Shown here piece after piece: positions 36,467-41,706 of a stretch of DNA of 41,706 nt (the first letter of the stretch is position 1; each line of letters starts with the position of its first letter). The DNA lies in the NCBI RefSeq assembly GCF_006345805.1, contig NW_021836804.1, forward strand, positions 1 to 41,706, given 5' to 3'. A program made the translations under genes and the position numbers. Below the pieces are notes generated by a model, which saw only the letters and a list, made by a program, of their open reading frames with translations, had not been told where the DNA came from and did not search any database. This DNA is from Octopus sinensis (taxonomy: Eukaryota).

Positions 36467-36499
36467 TTTGTTATTATTGTTATATTATTATTATTATTA

Positions 36500-36589
<90 letters not shown>

Positions 36590-36591
36590 GC

Positions 36592-36628
<37 letters not shown>

Positions 36629-37501
36629 GTTATTATTATTATTATTATGCAGTAATCTTATCTTTTTCACATTCTTTCACTGTACTACCGAGCTTAGCTC
36701 TGTGTGCCTTGGGTATGTGCTGTGGTTTGAAACAAATAAAAGAATAAAAGTACATATATATATATATATATATACATACAAATACTCCTCTACCCTGGCT
36801 GTTGGCTGTTGCTGCAGCTCCTCCACCACTTAAGGGTGCAATGTCAACACCACCCCCATCAGCTTACAACCAGAGCATGAAAGGGTTGGGTTGTGAGTGG
36901 CAGTCATAGGTACCCATCTATCCACCTCAAGGTAGAGAGCAGCAGCTCATTACACATCAAAGGAATTATTCCTATTAAAAGCCTCTTGCACTCCCTACAG
37001 CAGGATAATTCTTCCATTCATGCAAGCCCTTCCTCCCTGTGTCATCACTGACGTCAATGAAGGGAGCAAATCTGTGATAGGACGGCACCAATATTAACCA
37101 ATATTATTACAGCTCTTGCAATTTGAACACAAACAACCAGAATATATATACAGGAAGATTTCCATTAACACTTTAGTCGTTCTACAAGATGCATATATAT
37201 TATTGATCTGTCATATATGCGTTTATACACACACACACATATACATATATATATGATGATGATGATAATATTATCCTATGTATATTTTTATGATATATGT
37301 ATATATATATACATACACACATATATATAAATACATATATATATATAAGCAAATATATATATACATATATATGATTGATTGATTCTAGTTTCAGCTCATG
37401 AGCTGTGGCCATGCTGGGGCACTGCCATATACAAATATATATACACGCACACACATATATATTTATCATGTTATACTATATTATGTATATTTTTATTATA
37501 T

Positions 37502-37532
<31 letters not shown>

Positions 37533-37949
37533 CTACATATATATATAAACTCACACACATGTATATATATATATATATATATAATATATATATATGTATA
37601 TATTTAATATATATACACACAAAATATGATATAAAATAATATATAGTGTAATCTTCATAAAACTCAGGAAAAAATACTCTGCAAAGAAGTCTCCGATGGA
37701 ACCTGTAGAGGTAGACAAAACAAGTTTTAATGATTCCTTATGGAATGACAATAACATTGATATCAATATCTATATTCTTTTTTTGTATAAGAATAAAGCT
37801 ATTTGAGAATGTGATAATTATATAAAAGTGTATTCGTTTATACAATGATATCGTAGACGAAAATATAACTTGAAATCCACTCTTGTTATTCCATGACAAT
37901 ATGAACAAATCATTCAAAGACGTTTAAGAGAATAGCTTCCCAATCATTA

Positions 37950-38467
37950 GATGTATATTTTGTGTGTGTGTATGTATATATATATATGTGTGTGAGTGTG
38001 TGTGTGTGTGTGTGTGAGAGTGTGTAAAGGTGAGTGTTATATATGTATGTATAAATGTATGCATATATGTGTGTGTGTGTCTGTGTATATGCATATATAT
38101 GTATATAAATACATATTTATGTTTGTATATATATGTATGTATGTATGTGTATATATATATATATATATATACATACATATGAATGTATGTATGTATATAT
38201 ACATATATATATATGTATATATATATATACATACATATGTATGTATGTATAAATATATATATATATATGTGTGTGTGTGTATATATATACAAGTGTGTGT
38301 ATGTGTACGTGTGTAGATGTGTGCATGTATGTGTCTGTATGTGTGTATGTATATAAATATGTATTTATATATTTGTGTATATGTATGCAAATATGTATAT
38401 ATATATGTATGTGTGTGTGTGTGTATGTATGTATATACTTATGTAATGTACATATGTATGTAAATAC

Positions 38468-38498
<31 letters not shown>

Positions 38499-38575
38499 TG
38501 TATGTACGTATGTACGTATTTATGTCTCTATGAAGTCGCAAATACGTCTGCACACATGCATGTGTATGTATATAT
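37950..38575. repeat. (TA/TG/TATG)n low-complexity field
   Basis: Direct reading. Confidence 0.95.
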
Positions 38576-39018
38576 ATTAACAGATTAAATATGTTGATGA
38601 ATCCGTAACCAAATTACGAAATCTTCATCTGTAGCAGAGGAACTGACGCCATTGCACACCGTTGTCGTCTGCTCAGTGAAATTGGGAGCCATGTTAACTT
38701 TGTCTAACGTCACCTATGGTATACGTATAATATATAACATTACTGAATTGAATAATAATACAAAGGATTTATTTCGTTGATATAAGCCGTTCTTCTTGGT
38801 ATTTTTGTTGTTTAATTGTCTGTCTAATAAATTTGATTACTCGCTTAGTGTTAAATTCCTCATTGATTCCATCGCCATTGTGTTCTAAAATATTAACAAT
38901 AAAAATCTGGCAAAAGAGCCTGAGAAGTATTAGAGTAAAAGCAGCAGTAGTAGCCGCAGTAGCAGCAGCAACAGCAGCAGTAGTAGTAGTAGTAGTAGGA
39001 GGAGGAGGAGGAGGAGGA

Positions 39019-39290
39019 GGAGGCGCAATGACCCAGTGGTTAGGGCAGCGGACTCGCGGTCGGAGGATCGCGGTTTCGATTCCCAGACCGGGCGTTGTGT
39101 GTGTTTATTGAGCGAAAACACCTAAAGTTCCAAGAGGCTGAGCCTGGATACGCATTCATCCATCCATCGATGCTCTCGGTGTCGGATGTTGACCTGCTTT
39201 CTCATCTGCGGGTCTTACGAACAGCAAAGGACCACATTTCAGACTTCTCCCACTGCGAGCTCTGGGACGAAGACCGTTCGCGCAATAGCA
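39019..39290 (+). mobile_element. tRNA SINE with the same head as 4373-4678 but a different 3' half
   Basis: Head and CTAAAGTTCCAAG are shared up to ~39135, then the sequence is unrelated and ends in (AGC)n. Confidence 0.7.
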
Positions 39291-39308
39291 ACAGCAGCAG
39301 CAGCTGTA

Positions 39309-39368
<60 letters not shown>

Positions 39369-39556
39369 ACAGCAGCAGCAGTAGTTCTTGTTGTTGCTTG
39401 TGTTTGTTATTTTGTGTGTATTGTCAGATAAATTCGTTCGTTTCTGCCCCTCCAACTCACAGATTTCTTTTAAAAATCGTTTTAATTGTTATTTGAATTA
39501 TCACTAAAATATTTCTGTTGTAGTGTTTTATGGAGTGGGGGACGGTTGTAGCTCTG

Positions 39557-39822
39557 AAGGTGCATGACTTAGTGGTTAAGGGAGTTGCGCTCTCGATCCT
39601 AACGTCGTGGGTTCGATACCCAGCGATGCGTTCGTTGTGTTATTGAGCAATACACTTACCTGTGTTCCAAAGGACCAGCCTCGTCACACTCTGTGTCACG
39701 CTGAACCTCCCTGAAAATACATTAAGGTTACGCGTGTCTGTGGAGTACTCAGCCATTTGCACGTTGGGTTCCGTTGATCGGATCAACGAGAACACTCACC
39801 GTCGTGACCGACGGAGTCCAAG
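39557..39822 (+). mobile_element. Diverged tRNA/CORE-type SINE
   Basis: TGACTTAGTGGTTAAG A box, GGTTCGATACCC B box and TTGAGCAATACACTTAC CORE-like segment. Confidence 0.6.
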
Positions 39823-40401
39823 TATTCTTCTTATATATGAATGAATATGTGTGTGCGTGTGTGTGTGTGTGTGTGTTCCTCGCCACCACTGCTTAGCAAC
39901 CGATATTGGTTTGTTTACATCCCCGTAGTTTGGCGGCTCTCCAAACAGACCGATACAATAAACAGCTGACTTAAAAAAAGAAAGTACTGTGGACGCTTTG
40001 TTCGATTAAAAACCATTCAAGGCAGTGCCCCAGAATGGTCGTAGTCCAATGAATGAAACACGTGTGTGTGTGTGTGTGTACATGTATGTATTTTTTTACT
40101 TGGTTCAGTCATTTGACTGTGGCGATATTTGAGCATAATATATATATACATATGTATTCGATAAATAAAGTACCAGTTTCGAACTGGGTCGATGTAATCG
40201 ACTTAATCCCTTTGTATGTCCTTATTTGTCCCCCGTCTATGTTTAGCCCCTTGTGGGAAGTAAAGGAATATATATACATATATATGTATGAATGTATTGG
40301 CGATGCCCCAGCTTGGCCACACCCCACGAGCTGACCAGGCTATCGAATGCTGTTATACATCACTGATCACAGTGCGCTTTGCACTTATATCTTATAACAT
40401 A

Positions 40402-40796
40402 CTAGCAGTATCGCCCGGCGTTGCTCGGGTTTGTAAGGGAAATAACTATATAAGCATTTTTAGAGATGTAAAGTATAATAGCCATCTCAATATGGCTAAC
40501 CACAAAGGGGGGGTGTTACTGTAGCTGTTTACCTTCTGAGATTTAATAATAAATTTTTAGAGAGTTACTTCCCTTATATATGCTAAAAATGCATTAAAAA
40601 TGGGAAAAATTGATGGTAAATTTTTTTTAAATCGTAGACTCATCATAGACGCGCGCTAATACCCAGAAGGGCTCGATATGAATCACGACTATAAGATACC
40701 CGGTTTTGGTTAAACTGCACCGCAAAATGTGGGAGTAGTTAGGAATCTAAATCGTAGGAGACAGACAGCACACAACCTCACTTTTATATATAAAGA
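40402..40796 (-). mobile_element. Complete non-autonomous Helitron
   Basis: The minus strand reads A|TCTTTATATATAAAA...CCCGAGCAACGCCGGG hairpin..CTAG|T: canonical TC and CTAG ends, subterminal hairpin, A/T insertion site, no TSD. Confidence 0.88.
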
Positions 40797-40917
40797 TATT
40801 GTATCACGATACACATCAGTCTAGTAATTGTGTTTGTTTAATAACTGATTTTGTCCTGTTCAATTCGATCTCCATTCAATTCCTTCATTAACCATTCTTG
40901 TCTTCTATCTATTACAG

Positions 40918-41026
40918 CCATCGTCTTCAGTTCTTCCAGAAAGTTTCTTTCGATCACATGCCACCTTTCAATAAACCAGCCGAAAGAAATTCAACGCTGT
41001 GGAGCATGTTTACGCCAAGACAATAA
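40918..41026 (+). CDS. C4orf33: UPF0462 / C4orf33 homologue last coding exon (HRLQFFQKVSFDHMPPFNKPAERNSTLWSMFTPRQ*)
   Basis: Long polypyrimidine tract and TTACAG| acceptor. Phase 2 completes PDF|HRLQFF, matching human PDFHCLEYF; TAA at 41024-41026. Confidence 0.92.
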
Positions 41027-41190
41027 AAAAGGACATCTTTCTGCCAGAAGAATTTTGGGAAAATAAAGCGATTCCTTTATTAACCTAATTTGCTTAATCA
41101 ACGCACGATTTTTATTCGTTTCAAAATTAACAAATACTGATGCGATATTATTTTGGCCAATAGCCGGGTGATTTCGAATTTAATTTAAGA

Positions 41191-41196
41191 AATAAA
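41191..41196 (+). terminator. Candidate polyadenylation signal AATAAA (another at 41062-41067)
   Basis: Hexamers downstream of the stop codon. The sequence is AT-rich, so chance occurrence is possible. Confidence 0.35.
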
Positions 41197-41622
41197 ATAT
41201 GAGTATATAGCCATGTAGCACTGGATATAGAATTTAACAATGGGATAAGATCATTTCTAACCGCCATTTCTCTGGTTTCTGCCTCTTTTCTCCCTCCTTC
41301 TCACTATCTCTTTCTCTCACTTTCTTTTGCTCTCTCTCTCTCTCTCTCTATCTATCTCTCTATCTATCCATCTATCTATCTCTGTCTATATCTCTTTCTC
41401 TCGCTCGCTCATCCCCTTTGCCAATAAGACGCAGCCCTAGGAGTCCCAAAACGATCATGTATACATACACACGAGCAAGCACATATAAATGCAAAACAAG
41501 GTGGGAATAAATAGTACTCGAATACCAAAGGCAGAGTAATATGCTTTTACTAAAGCCGAAGAAATTCTTCACAAACTGTTACATAGAGTTTAGCATTGCC
41601 GCAGAAAATACATACATACTTG

Positions 41623-41674
<52 letters not shown>

Positions 41675-41706
41675 GTATATGTATGTATGTATTATTTGAC
41701 TTGCTT

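Overview
This is repeat-dense eukaryotic genomic DNA. The SINE families and microsatellite load look like a coleoid cephalopod, most likely Octopus (inference). Most ORFs in the supplied track are microsatellite or SINE artefacts. One spliced protein-coding gene can be assembled by hand on the + strand: a UPF0462 / C4orf33 homologue. It has five shared coding exons (27916-28133, 32346-32403, 33220-33271, 35646-35836, 40918-41026), all in frame with GT-AG introns. The first shared exon has no in-frame ATG and needs a phase-2 upstream exon. Three phase-2 candidates exist: a TATA-driven signal-peptide exon (13348-13391), a short non-signal exon (19263-19288), and a more distant two-exon leader (2804-2826 + 4170-4280) at a possible bidirectional promoter. 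The best hypothesis is promoter-switched secreted versus intracellular isoforms. The rest of the window is transposon-derived: a Gypsy remnant, Tx1-like, R4/Dong-like, Penelope-like and RTE-tailed retroelements, several tRNA-SINE families, Helitrons, Tc1/pogo remnants and a Merlin-like MITE. It also holds a perfect foldback carrying a minimal hammerhead ribozyme in an intron, and inverted SINE pairs flanking the first shared exon. All homology calls are by eye and from memory of the families; no searches were run.
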